Source: Dehalococcoidia bacterium (lineage in GTDB: Bacteria > Chloroflexota > Dehalococcoidia > Lucifugimonadales > UBA3495). Taken from it: 64,000 bases of DNA. Below, piece by piece: positions 53,003 through 62,579 of this stretch; the stretch's first letter is position 1; each line of letters begins with the position of its first letter. The stretch lies in assembly GCA_963667675.1 (NCBI GenBank), contig OY763929.1:1721399-1785398 (forward strand), read 5' to 3'. The position numbers and the translations under genes are program-made. Below the pieces are notes generated by a model that saw nothing but the letters and a program-made list of their open reading frames with translations, ran no database searches and was not told the DNA's origin.

Positions 53003-54340
53003 TCATTCTTTTTCTGGCTCCAGTCGCGCAACGGTCAAGATCAGTCCGTCAACCTTGCGCACTTCGACCGTCTCCCCTTCGTTTATCACGTTACCATCCA
53101 GGCTAGTCGCTGTCCAGGTTTCGTTGCTTACTCTCACCGCACCCCTGGGCGCAAGCGTTGCCGTCACGGTCCCCTTCATTCCCTCCAGTGGTTCCCTCGT
53201 TGGCGTCCGGCCTCCCCGCCTCGACTGGTAAATCATCCACACCGTCGTCCCCAGCGTCAGCGCCAACGCCCCCGACACCCCGCCCACCAGCCAGCGGTTC
53301 ACCTGCGTCGGCGGCATCACCGGCGTATCGCCTCCAAACAGTATCACCGCGCCTACTATGAAACTCACGATTGCCCCAACTCCCAGCACCCCGAATCCCG
53401 CCACCAGTATCTCCAGCGCCGCCAGCGCGAACGCCAGCAGCAAAAAAGCCACACCGGCCCAACTCACCGGAAGGTTTCCGAACGCCAGGAACGCCAGCAG
53501 CAGCGCAATCACCCCGACCACCCCCGGCGCAATCAGTCCAGGGTTGAACAGTTCTATGACTATTCCCAGACCCCCTATCGAAAACAAAATGAACGATACG
53601 TTGGGGTCGGAAATGAACTCCAGGAAGTTTTCTAAGAGGTTCTTGTTAAGCCTCCGCTCCGTCAGTCCCTCCGTCTCCAGCGTATGCGTCCCCGAAGTAG
53701 TCTCCACCACCCGGCCGTCCAGTTGCCCCAGCAGGTCTTCTAAGTCGTCTGCGATAAAGTCCACCACGTTGAGGTCAACCGCCTCTATCGCGCTGAACGA
53801 CGCCGCCTCCCGCACCGTCTTCTCCAGCGCATCCTCGTTCCGCCCTCGTTCCTGTGCTATGCTGCGGATGAACGCCGCCGTATCGTTCTCCACCTTGCTC
53901 GCCAGCGTATCCTCCAGGTCCTCCCCGGTGCCCGAAACCGGCGTCGCCGCCCCTATGTTCGTCCCCGGCGCCATCACCGCAAAATGCCCCGCTGCCGCTA
54001 TGAACGTCCCTGCCGACCCCGCCTGCGCTCCCCGTGGCGACACATAGACCGCCACCGGCACCGGGGAGCCCAGCAACTCCTCCACGATGTTCCGCGTCGA
54101 GTCCAGGAGACCCCCGGGCGTGTCCAACTCCACCACCAGCAGCAGCGCTCCCTCCTCCTCCACCTTGCCCACGGCCCGGCCGATAAACCGCTCCTTCACC
54201 CCGTTGATAGTCCCCTCCACCCTGATAGCCACCACCCCCGGCTCTTCCCCCTGCGCCGCCGCCCGGCCCAACAACGGCCCTGCCGCCGCCAGCAGCATCA
54301 GCCCCAGGCAAAAAACTCTAAACGCCCCAGCCATCCTCAT
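53003..54340 (-). CDS. NfeD-family membrane-bound serine protease (ClpP class)
   Basis: LDTPGGLL, AGSAG, MAPGTNIGAATPV, TM region, C-terminal OB-like domain; paired with SPFH gene. Confidence 0.93.
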   Translation of the reverse strand: MRMAGAFRVFCLGLMLLAAAGPLLGRAAAQGEEPGVVAIRVEGTINGVKERFIGRAVGKVEEEGALLLVVELDTPGGLLDSTRNIVEELLGSPVPVAVYVSPRGAQAGSAGTFIAAAGHFAVMAPGTNIGAATPVSGTGEDLEDTLASKVENDTAAFIRSIAQERGRNEDALEKTVREAASFSAIEAVDLNVVDFIADDLEDLLGQLDGRVVETTSGTHTLETEGLTERRLNKNLLENFLEFISDPNVSFILFSIGGLGIVIELFNPGLIAPGVVGVIALLLAFLAFGNLPVSWAGVAFLLLAFALAALEILVAGFGVLGVGAIVSFIVGAVILFGGDTPVMPPTQVNRWLVGGVSGALALTLGTTVWMIYQSRRGGRTPTREPLEGMKGTVTATLAPRGAVRVSNETWTATSLDGNVINEGETVEVRKVDGLILTVARLEPEKE

Positions 54341-54394
54341 AACCCTATGGTATCACCCCACCCCCACCCGTCATCCCCGCGCTCGCGCCACCCC

Positions 54395-54628
54395 GTCATT
54401 CCCCGAGCGCAGCCGAGGAATCTAAAAACCTTCGCTACCACCCAGGTCTTGTCCTCACACCCTCCACCCGTCATTCCCGTGCAGACGGGAATCTAAAATC
54501 CCCCGCTGCCACCCAGTTCATGCTCCCTCACATACCACGCACCCAACCCGTCCTTGCCCAGCACCAAGACTAATCTATGGCCTGCGTCTAGGCTGTCCGT
54601 TCGCCCTGAGGCTCTCGAAGGGCGAACC
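54395..54628. repeat. REP-like cluster (families A, B, C)
   Basis: A 54395-54423, B 54470-54494, C 54591-54628. Confidence 0.85.
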
Positions 54629-54656
54629 CGCACCCAGCCACGCTCCTCCTCTACCC

Positions 54657-55667
54657 CTACGGGTTCAACTCCCTATTCGGATAAGCATCCACCCCGTGCC
54701 TCGCAAAAACCTCGTCTATCCTCCGCAAGTCCTCCCCCGAAAGCGCCCAGCCCAAAAACCCCAAATTCTCCTCCAGTTCCGCAACCGTCAAGCTCCCCAC
54801 CAACGCTACATCCACCGCGCCAGACGACAAGGCCCATCGTATCGCCAGCTGCGCCATCGTCTTCCCCCGATTCTCCGCGATGGGCTTCAAGTCCTCCACC
54901 AGCTTCACGTACCGTTCCCTGCGGTCATGCTCCAATATCCCCGCCTCCCAGTCTGGGCTGCCGCCCCTGTCCCGATAATCGTCCCCTCCAAACCTCGTGT
55001 CGGCCTTCCACGTGCCCGAAAGCATCCCGAACCCCATAGTCCCCCAGATCATCACGCCGATGCCCCGCTCCCGGCAATACGGAAAAACGTCCAACTCCCT
55101 CCGCCGGTCCAGCATGTTGTAGTCATACTGCACCACATACACCCGCCTCGCCGCTTCGCATTCCTTTAGTTGGTCCAGCGTAAAGTTCGACACCCCAATC
55201 GCCCGCACCTTCCCTGCCCGCACCGCCGTATCCATCGCCTCCATCGTCTCCTCGAAGGGCGTATAAACGTCCGGCGCATGCACTTGCAGCACGTCTATGT
55301 AGTCCGTCTGCAGCCGCTGCAGGCTCCGCTCTACCAGGGGCAGAATCGCCTCCCTCCTGCCGTCCCGGCCGCCCGGCCTGCCCGCCTGCGAGCCCTCGAA
55401 CCCCAGTCCGCACATCGTCACCACCACCACGTCCTTGCGCCGCGCGCCCAAGGCCCTGCCCAGCATGATTTCCGAGTCTCCCGATGCGTAGTGCGGAGCC
55501 GTATGAAAGCAGGTGATTCCAGAGTCGATAGCCCGGTTCACCATGGCGCTCATGTGGCCGATGTACTCTTCGCCCCACGGCTCTCGATTCGGCTTCGTAT
55601 AGTCGAAACACCCAAACCCCAGCGCCGAAGTCGTCAGACCCGTCGGCCCCAGTTTCCGATATTCCAT
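54657..55667 (-). CDS. Aldo/keto reductase family protein
   Basis: MEYRKLG, SLQRLQTDYID..QVH.PD, GKVRAIGVSNF, AQLAIRW, ELEENL. Confidence 0.9.
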   Translation of the reverse strand: MEYRKLGPTGLTTSALGFGCFDYTKPNREPWGEEYIGHMSAMVNRAIDSGITCFHTAPHYASGDSEIMLGRALGARRKDVVVVTMCGLGFEGSQAGRPGGRDGRREAILPLVERSLQRLQTDYIDVLQVHAPDVYTPFEETMEAMDTAVRAGKVRAIGVSNFTLDQLKECEAARRVYVVQYDYNMLDRRRELDVFPYCRERGIGVMIWGTMGFGMLSGTWKADTRFGGDDYRDRGGSPDWEAGILEHDRRERYVKLVEDLKPIAENRGKTMAQLAIRWALSSGAVDVALVGSLTVAELEENLGFLGWALSGEDLRRIDEVFARHGVDAYPNRELNP

Positions 55668-55881
55668 TGGTCGATACCTCCTACCTGCCGCCGGGAAATC
55701 CCAGCAAAACCCCGTCACGCCCAAGCTCCCTGGACCCGCCGCAGTATACCGTCGATAGACTTGACATAAAAGAATCGGCCGGAGTCCGCACCCACATGCT
55801 CGCCGATTCGGTCCCTGCCCTTGGAGACCTTTGCACATCCGTGATTCTCCCGCGCCAAGACCATTACATAGGTCCGGCCGA

Positions 55882-55927
55882 GGCTGTCCGTTCGTCCTGA
55901 GGGAAATCGAAGGGGGAACGGACAGCC
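55882..55927. repeat. REP-like palindrome, family C
   Basis: GGCTGTCCGTTCGTCCT-GAGGGAAATCGA-AGGGGGAACGGACAGCC. Confidence 0.9.
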
Positions 55928-56074
55928 GGGGTTACGCAAAGGTCTCCGCTTGCGTGGCAATCATCGCAGATGGTACAAAGTCCGTCACGGGACCGCCGCC
56001 CCGTGGTAAGCTAGCGGGCGGTTCGGCTTTACCCATCTAACCGAAAATGGACGGCTAATCAGGGAGTAAAAGCG

Positions 56075-56842
56075 ATGGCAGGTATGTTGGAAGGCAAGAT
56101 TTCGCTGGTCACCGGCGCAGCGTCGGGCATTGGCCGAGCTACGTCGCTGGTCATGTCCCGCGAGGGCGCCACGGTGGTGGTGTCCGACATCGACGCTGCC
56201 GGCGCCGAGGAAACTCTGCGCTCCATCCAGGCCGCTGGCGGCGACGGAATGTTCTTCCGCGCCGATGTATCGCGTTCAGACGACGTGGCCTCGCTGGTCG
56301 AGAAAGTAGTGTCGGCTTACGGACGGCTGGACTGTGCCTTCAACAACGCCGGCGTAGAGGGCCAAATGACCGAACGTCTCCACGAGTACCCGAAAGACGA
56401 TTGGGATCGGGTCATCGAAATCAACCTCACGGGCGTGTGGCTCTGCATGAAGCACGAAATTCCGCAGATGCTGCACCAGGGCGGCGGCGCTATCGTCAAC
56501 ACTGCGTCAGCTGGAGGGTTGATCGGCGCCAGGCGGATGGCGGCCTATATCGCCAGCAAGCACGCGGTGGTGGGGCTGTCCAAGACCGCCGCGCTGGAAT
56601 ACGCCCTCGACGGCATCCGGGTCAACGCTGTCTGCCCCGGCATGACCGACACGCCCTTGATGGGCCGCCTCCTCACCGACCGCGAGCAGGATTCCGAGGC
56701 TGACATTCCGTCCCGCCAACCCATCGGCAGGCTGGGAAAGCCGGAAGAAATAGCCGAATCCGTGACCTGGCTCTGCTCCGACGCGGCATCTTTCGTCACC
56801 GGCCTGGCCATGTCAGTCGACGGCGGCCTCACCGCCCAGTAA
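56075..56842 (+). CDS. SDR family oxidoreductase
   Basis: TGAASGIG, NNAG, YIASK, VNAVCPG. Confidence 0.95.
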   Translation: MAGMLEGKISLVTGAASGIGRATSLVMSREGATVVVSDIDAAGAEETLRSIQAAGGDGMFFRADVSRSDDVASLVEKVVSAYGRLDCAFNNAGVEGQMTERLHEYPKDDWDRVIEINLTGVWLCMKHEIPQMLHQGGGAIVNTASAGGLIGARRMAAYIASKHAVVGLSKTAALEYALDGIRVNAVCPGMTDTPLMGRLLTDREQDSEADIPSRQPIGRLGKPEEIAESVTWLCSDAASFVTGLAMSVDGGLTAQ

Positions 56843-56887
56843 CCTACTCAACCCATCCGCCCCCTCATCTTCGGCCGTCCGCTCCTC

Positions 56888-57151
56888 CATCTTCTTCACC
56901 CACTCGCCCCCTCACCTTCTTCACCCGTTCGCCCTTTCATCTTCTTCACCCGTTCGCCCTGAGGCTCTCGAAGGGCGCCAATAACCAACTGTAGGGGTAG
57001 GCCTTGTGCCTACCCTCCACTTTCCGCCCATCACCTCGGCATCCCACGCCCGTCCCTAGCCATCCCTGTGCTGCGCCCCCGTCATTTCAGTGCCTTTCCC
57101 TTGCCATTCCAGTGCCTTTCCCCTGTCATTCCGAGCTCAGCCGAGGAATCT
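56888..57151. repeat. Repeat-rich spacer: ~25-bp tandem units, family C, GTAG-type palindrome, family A
   Basis: CTTCTTCACCCGTTCGCCC-like unit x3; C at 56950-56977; GTAGGGGTAGGC-CTTGT-GCCTACCCT at 56991-57016; A at 57125-57151. Confidence 0.8.
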
Positions 57152-57242
57152 AAAAGCCCATGCCCCCAACTCCCTGACTGAACCTTGGACCAACCCAAGC
57201 TCACGCCCCATGCCCATCTGTTCGCCTCCGGTAAGCCGTAAT

Positions 57243-58109
57243 TTACTGCGGAATATCCCGAATGGTTTCTGGAGCTAAGAGTGTGAGCCAATTCTGGACG
57301 GTCTCCATGTCCCGTCGCGCTTCAGTCATGCTTAGGCCGAATGTGCCGGCTAGCGCCCGTTGGGCTACTGTGACATCGCTCGTACGATTCAGTTGAATCA
57401 CCGTGTTGGCGAAAGGCGTCGCCAGCAAGCAGGTAGTGGCCCATGCCCTGACACCCTCGTTAGAGAGGCTTGAAGGCATCATAAGAGCCTCGAGATCCAT
57501 CCGCGCGGCTTGTTGCTCATCATCGGAAGCTATGTCATGTTCTCTCCCTCCATAGCTGAGCTCCAAGTGAATGGGGTAGCGGGTTTTAGGTCTCCAAGTG
57601 TCGAGCCGTGGTTGTTGGGCAAGTACGGCTTTGTCAATGGGCGCGAGCATCTTAGGAATGGCTTCCCATCTCAGAAATTCATCGTCGCCGATTTCGCGGG
57701 CGTGAGCTAGCAGTTCCTGTTGGAATGCCAATGAATCGAAATCGTCGCCTGCCTGACACAGGATCTCGAGATTGGGTTGCGGTGCCCAACCCATCGCGGA
57801 AGAAGTGAGGTTCGCAGACCCTACCAGGATAGTGTCATCAATGCGGTAGTATTTAGCGTGCAAAGTTGGGTGCAATAGGAACGAACCGCCGAAATCGTTG
57901 ACGAGCTTCCGGCATTCTGTGTCGGACGCACCCGTGGCGAGGTCGTGTGGAATCCACCTAGTGACGCAAATGAGGGATGCGTCAACATGCAGGGCTGCCA
58001 GAACTTTGGAAAGAGCCTGAGCCTTGATGTACGGAGCCGCGATGAAGAGGCTCGCGGCGCTTGAGCAAAGGCGTGTCAACAAGTCGCCGGGACTATCCCC
58101 GATAGTCAA
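57243..58109 (-). CDS. Phospholipase D-family (single HKD) predicted nuclease
   Basis: IAAPYI, LHAKYYRIDD..VGSANLT; TTG start overlaps stop of the upstream ATPase. Confidence 0.88.
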   Translation of the reverse strand: MTIGDSPGDLLTRLCSSAASLFIAAPYIKAQALSKVLAALHVDASLICVTRWIPHDLATGASDTECRKLVNDFGGSFLLHPTLHAKYYRIDDTILVGSANLTSSAMGWAPQPNLEILCQAGDDFDSLAFQQELLAHAREIGDDEFLRWEAIPKMLAPIDKAVLAQQPRLDTWRPKTRYPIHLELSYGGREHDIASDDEQQAARMDLEALMMPSSLSNEGVRAWATTCLLATPFANTVIQLNRTSDVTVAQRALAGTFGLSMTEARRDMETVQNWLTLLAPETIRDIPQ

Positions 58110-59971
58110 CCGTCTCTCTCGCGCAGTTGGTTGATAACCTTGTCCACCTGCCGCCCCCAGTTCATGGCTATGTCCTGTATTCGCGTTCGTTCGTCTCTGG
58201 ACTCGGTTTGGTCTTCCATGCGCGCCCAGGATGATAACAGGAGTCGCAGCGCAACAATCGCTTGGAAAGCAGGGTCGTCCTCGTCGTCCTCGTCGCTGAG
58301 TTGATCTTCTACATGACTTATCAAGTCGTAAATTGGATGGTCCGTATTCAGATTGATGTGCAAGACCCCTTGGTTCGAGCGGACGTTGAACATCTGGTAG
58401 CCGTCAAGCTGTTGAGGGTTGAATTGGTATGACAGATTGTCCTGCACCAACGCTCTAGCCAGTGCCCGTGCCTCGCCCTCTGGCTGTCCGGATGCCATGA
58501 ACTGTTCGGTAAGCCCATCCATCCGTTCCTGTGTCCCAATCTCTTCTCGGTCAATATCAGTGGGCGTCTTCTTTTCGGCACCAGATTCGATGGCTTCCTT
58601 GTCAGCATTGGTCTGGGTTCTGACTGCCTCGGCTTCTGGAGTCTTCTTCCCGCCGCCGGTACCATCAGACTTTCGCTTCTGAGCGAACATCTGCCTAATT
58701 TGGTCCATCATTGCCCGAGTCTGATCCCGGATTTCCCCGACAATGGTGTAAATCGTATCATCGTCGATTCCCATCTCATCTAAGACGACTTGTCGCGGGC
58801 GATCATCTCGGGCAAGGGTCTTGGCAGCCTGTGTGAAGTTCGCAACCATCTGCTTATTGTGGTCTACGCCAAACAACTCGTCGCAACTCCGACGGAAACT
58901 CACTTCGCAGCCCCACCAACGGTTCTGTGGGTTTTCGGCACTCCCACCCTCTCTCAAGAATGCGTCCTCAAGAACGATCTCTCGATCCTCTCGGACGACC
59001 GAAACCCCAATATTGTGCCTAGCGTGCCGACCTCTCGGTGTCCCACCGGGATTCTGCCTAACAGTTTCAGTCCTTAGTGCTTCGGGCTTCACAATTGAGT
59101 ACTTGACGCTAACCGTCTCTTCTCGGCCTCCGACATTAACTGGGTAGTACCTGATTTCTCCCCATTGCTCAAACATGGGTGTGTTGTTCCACGGCTCTTC
59201 AGGGACAGACGTTGGACTCATGAGGTAAATCGGGTCGTTGGCAACGACACTGGCCTCGTATTCGGCCTCACCAGGCCGATTGGCCAAAAAGGATGCGGTT
59301 CGTATACGTGTGATGCCAGCGTCTATGAAATGCCTGTGAATGCGCCCGACTTCACGAGACGCGTTGTCTATAATCGTTCGTCCTGTTCTCCATTGGACCT
59401 TGTCTAGGTCGCCGCCCCAAACGACAAGTGTGCCTGACCGATGTTGATAAATCTCGTCGCTTCCGGCCATCACCCACCTATCCGGTATCGGTGTGTCTCG
59501 GTCAGGAATAGGGACTTGATGATTGCCGCGCTCAATCGCTTTTGCATCAAGGCTGGAATGCCACACCGAATCCAGACCATCCTGCCAAGTCCACACATCC
59601 ACTTTGGTGCACTGTGACATGGAAGAGGTGGGAAGGCCCATGCCGTATTTGCCGATTCCCCTTGTAGAATTGTGCCTTGTCCCTCCACCGAACTTAAGGG
59701 CGTCTAGGAGGGTTCTTGCATCCATGCCACTGCCGTTGTCTAAGACCGCTAGCTCAGAAATTCTTCGACGGGTACGAGACTGAACCATTTCCGGTTGCTC
59801 CATGCATAGTAATTCCACACGCTCGGAGTTAGCCTCTACCGAATTGTCTATGAGTTCAGCGATAGCATAGGCCGTGTTGTGATAGCGACTGTCTCTGATG
59901 GCGCGTATGGTGAAGCTGCCTGGAAACAGGCTACGGTCCGCATCCTTTAATTCGTCGAATTGTTCGACCAT
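58106..59971 (-). CDS. MORC-like GHKL ATPase
   Basis: AIAELIDNS, DNGSGM, GIGKYGMGL, GTLV; WWGCEVSF...DELFGV.HNKQ; GGAGG RBS. Confidence 0.88.
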   Translation of the reverse strand: MVEQFDELKDADRSLFPGSFTIRAIRDSRYHNTAYAIAELIDNSVEANSERVELLCMEQPEMVQSRTRRRISELAVLDNGSGMDARTLLDALKFGGGTRHNSTRGIGKYGMGLPTSSMSQCTKVDVWTWQDGLDSVWHSSLDAKAIERGNHQVPIPDRDTPIPDRWVMAGSDEIYQHRSGTLVVWGGDLDKVQWRTGRTIIDNASREVGRIHRHFIDAGITRIRTASFLANRPGEAEYEASVVANDPIYLMSPTSVPEEPWNNTPMFEQWGEIRYYPVNVGGREETVSVKYSIVKPEALRTETVRQNPGGTPRGRHARHNIGVSVVREDREIVLEDAFLREGGSAENPQNRWWGCEVSFRRSCDELFGVDHNKQMVANFTQAAKTLARDDRPRQVVLDEMGIDDDTIYTIVGEIRDQTRAMMDQIRQMFAQKRKSDGTGGGKKTPEAEAVRTQTNADKEAIESGAEKKTPTDIDREEIGTQERMDGLTEQFMASGQPEGEARALARALVQDNLSYQFNPQQLDGYQMFNVRSNQGVLHINLNTDHPIYDLISHVEDQLSDEDDEDDPAFQAIVALRLLLSSWARMEDQTESRDERTRIQDIAMNWGRQVDKVINQLRERDG

Positions 59972-61209
59972 AGGTCCTCCCAGTTCGTAAAGGCATCAGT
60001 TACTGACCCGAAACCAGGAAGGTTTGTATCAGCAACGGTCATGATCTCTGCAGTTCGGTTTCCGCCTGCCCTAGGGCCGCGCATGGCTCTACCTGCCATT
60101 TGCGAGTAGAGCACCAGCGATGTCGTTGGCCGAGCAATGATGACACAGCGGGTACGAGGAGCGTCAAAGCCAGCGGTAAGCACGCCGTAGTTGAACATCA
60201 CCATGTGTGCTCTGCCATCGCTCCGGAACCTATCGATTATCGCTCGACGGTCGTCTATATTGGTGCTGGCGGTAACTACATAACTTGTCACCCCTTGGCT
60301 TTGAAGGAGCCGGTTGCATTCGACTGCACTTTCAACCGAGGGACAGAATACGATAGTTCGAGGGTGACGGGTCGCTGCCTCCCTGGCCAGTTCCACGATC
60401 TTGAATGTACGAGCATCGTTACGCCCTATGGTATCGAGATCGTTCTTGCTATAGTCCGTGCCGGATTCGGGATCCTTTACCCCAATTTCAGACTCGAAAC
60501 TGATCGGCACAAACCGCGGATCCGCCAAATATTGGTTCTGAATCAAATATGTGACTGGGCTATCGTGTCCTCTCGGGTCTATCGAAACCTTGGTTTGATT
60601 GAACATCTCGGCAAGTCTATAGTCAGCGTCAGTCAATCTAGCCGTTCGCCCGGGCGTAGCCGTGAGGCCGAGTAAGGGAGGACGTGTGCTACACAGTTGC
60701 TCAGTCACGAAGGCATAAGTCTCAGCTACCGCCTGATGGGCTTCATCAAAGATAGCCGCTGCGGTTTGGTAAGCGAGGTGGGCGAGTAGCGTGTGATCAG
60801 AGTCGGAAGCTGCACGCAGCTTGGCTAGCCCAGTCACCAGGAAGCCAGACGGAAGATTGCGCAAGTCTAAGGAGCGATTGCCCCAGTATCGATGAACGTG
60901 GACCTCCCGCAAGCCGAGATGCATCCAAGCCCTAGAGAGCTCGTCCGCCGCCTGTTCACACAGTTCCTCCGTGGAAGCTAGCCATACGATAGTAGCACTG
61001 TCGGATTCGACCTCGTTCAGTAGGCGGCAGGCTGCGTGTGATGCTATCCTCGTCTTGCCAGCGCCAGTAGGAAGATGAACTACGGCTCGACGTTCGGGAG
61101 ATGCTAGAGCCCGAAAGATGTCGCGTAGGACTTGGCGCTGATGCGGATACAGCGAGTAGTTGGGTTCGAGCCTTTCCTCAGTGGCTTCAGACACCACAGA
61201 GACCCTCAC
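59947..61209 (-). CDS. Superfamily 2 DEAD/DEAH (Res-like) helicase; start may be GTG 61194 or 61197
   Basis: LYPHQ, LPTGAGKT, DEAH, TATP, LTAGFDAP, QMAGRAMR. Confidence 0.92.
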   Translation of the reverse strand: MRVSVVSEATEERLEPNYSLYPHQRQVLRDIFRALASPERRAVVHLPTGAGKTRIASHAACRLLNEVESDSATIVWLASTEELCEQAADELSRAWMHLGLREVHVHRYWGNRSLDLRNLPSGFLVTGLAKLRAASDSDHTLLAHLAYQTAAAIFDEAHQAVAETYAFVTEQLCSTRPPLLGLTATPGRTARLTDADYRLAEMFNQTKVSIDPRGHDSPVTYLIQNQYLADPRFVPISFESEIGVKDPESGTDYSKNDLDTIGRNDARTFKIVELAREAATRHPRTIVFCPSVESAVECNRLLQSQGVTSYVVTASTNIDDRRAIIDRFRSDGRAHMVMFNYGVLTAGFDAPRTRCVIIARPTTSLVLYSQMAGRAMRGPRAGGNRTAEIMTVADTNLPGFGSVTDAFTNWEDLWSNNSTN

Positions 61210-62053
61210 ACTCCTCGTTGAAGTGGTTGATGGCGTCCGGGTCTTCTTCCATCTCAGCTATGACGGTGGCCAGAGGGCGACGCGCGGAGTGAAGATATGG
61301 GCGGCCTTTCAGCAACTTTCTCACAGGATTAGTCTTGCTGTTTCGAAGCCACCGATCATATTTTACCGCCTCGTAGTAACTTTCCGGTTCAGACTGTTTC
61401 AACTCCAGCCAATGTTCGTCGGAACGATATGGGCATATAACACAGGCTGAGCGAGGCAACCACCGGTCAGGGTACTGAGAGGAAAACCATTCGGCACAAT
61501 CGCGTCTTGCCATTCCGAGGTCTACAAGGGGCCAGCGATGCTCTACCCACGGTTCCCTGCTCGGTTTCATTCGACCGACTTCATCCAGCGAGATTCCGAG
61601 CCACATCTCTACTTGGTAGTGCTTTGGAAATGGCCTGCCGGGTTGACCGCCTGCCAGCTTCCTAATCCGCCTGTAAATTGGGGCGATCTTGTAGTGGTTG
61701 GTGCACTGTCGCCGCAGCATCCCCTTTTTCCCATTTTCGTCGACTAGGTAAAAAGGGACATCAACAAAACTGTGGCCCGACGTCGTTAGGCCCTTTCGGA
61801 GGTTTGATTTGATATCACCGCTTGAAACCCGTATCAGTGGATAATCAAGTTGCCCTTCCAGCCATGCGAGATGGTCATAGACGTAATCAGGCTCCCAACC
61901 GGTATCGGCAAATATGGCCGCGTCTGGTTTGGGATAACCTAGCTCGATCAATCGAGGGTCCGAGCGTGACAACAGAAGTGCTAGAACAGAACTCTGCACG
62001 CCTGCACCCAAGCTGAGTGCGCGATACGCTACGGTGCTTGCCTGAGTGCTCAT
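61187..62053 (-). CDS. PAPS-reductase-like / PP-loop adenine nucleotide alpha-hydrolase protein
   Basis: SLGAGVQSS, IFADTGWEP, RQCT..YKI.PI, GISLDE, WPL, SACVICPY, C-terminal ECEGLCGV; AAGGAG RBS. Confidence 0.78.
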   Translation of the reverse strand: MSTQASTVAYRALSLGAGVQSSVLALLLSRSDPRLIELGYPKPDAAIFADTGWEPDYVYDHLAWLEGQLDYPLIRVSSGDIKSNLRKGLTTSGHSFVDVPFYLVDENGKKGMLRRQCTNHYKIAPIYRRIRKLAGGQPGRPFPKHYQVEMWLGISLDEVGRMKPSREPWVEHRWPLVDLGMARRDCAEWFSSQYPDRWLPRSACVICPYRSDEHWLELKQSEPESYYEAVKYDRWLRNSKTNPVRKLLKGRPYLHSARRPLATVIAEMEEDPDAINHFNEECEGLCGV

Positions 62054-62579
62054 TCGGACTCCTTTCCCACGATGCCTTGGGCCATAGCCAACAATCGATT
62101 CAATAGTGCTACCCTGGCCAAATTTACCCAAGGCAGTTGTACTTAACCCTGTCTAACAACATCCGCGCCTCCCCAAAAGTTGTTATGAGATTGTACCCTA
62201 AGTCACCACCTTACTGACACATCCCCACTATTAAGGTCCACCCCCGCTACTGCCATTCCCCCCTTGTCCACCCCCGCAACCTCCCCATATCATAAATCCA
62301 GGTCAGGCCCGGCCCGTCGCCGGACCAAATCAAAACCAGCCACTGAGACCCGTGATGTTCCTTGTCCAAAAACCGCTCCACATCCAATAGCTCTAACCCT
62401 ACCCCTCCTCAGACTAATCCTCGCGAACGGGCGGGAATGAAAAGAAATGAGAGGGGAGCTAAGAATCCCAGCCTCTCCCGTCCCCAGCAAACCGCTCTCC
62501 CCCTTGGTAAGGGGGATAAGGTATAATAAACCGCAGCGCCGAAATTCTCTTGGATTCCAGACTTGCCGGCGATCGCTGA

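Noticed and set aside
57243-62053. Assignment to canonical Dnd, Ssp, DISARM, Dpd or BREX systems
   Set aside because: Their defining partner genes (DndD/E, SspB/C, methylase with DrmA/B, DpdA, PglZ/BrxC) are absent from the cassette
57200-62300. Prophage or integrative element boundaries around the 4-gene cassette
   Set aside because: No integrase, tRNA or convincing att direct repeats found by eye
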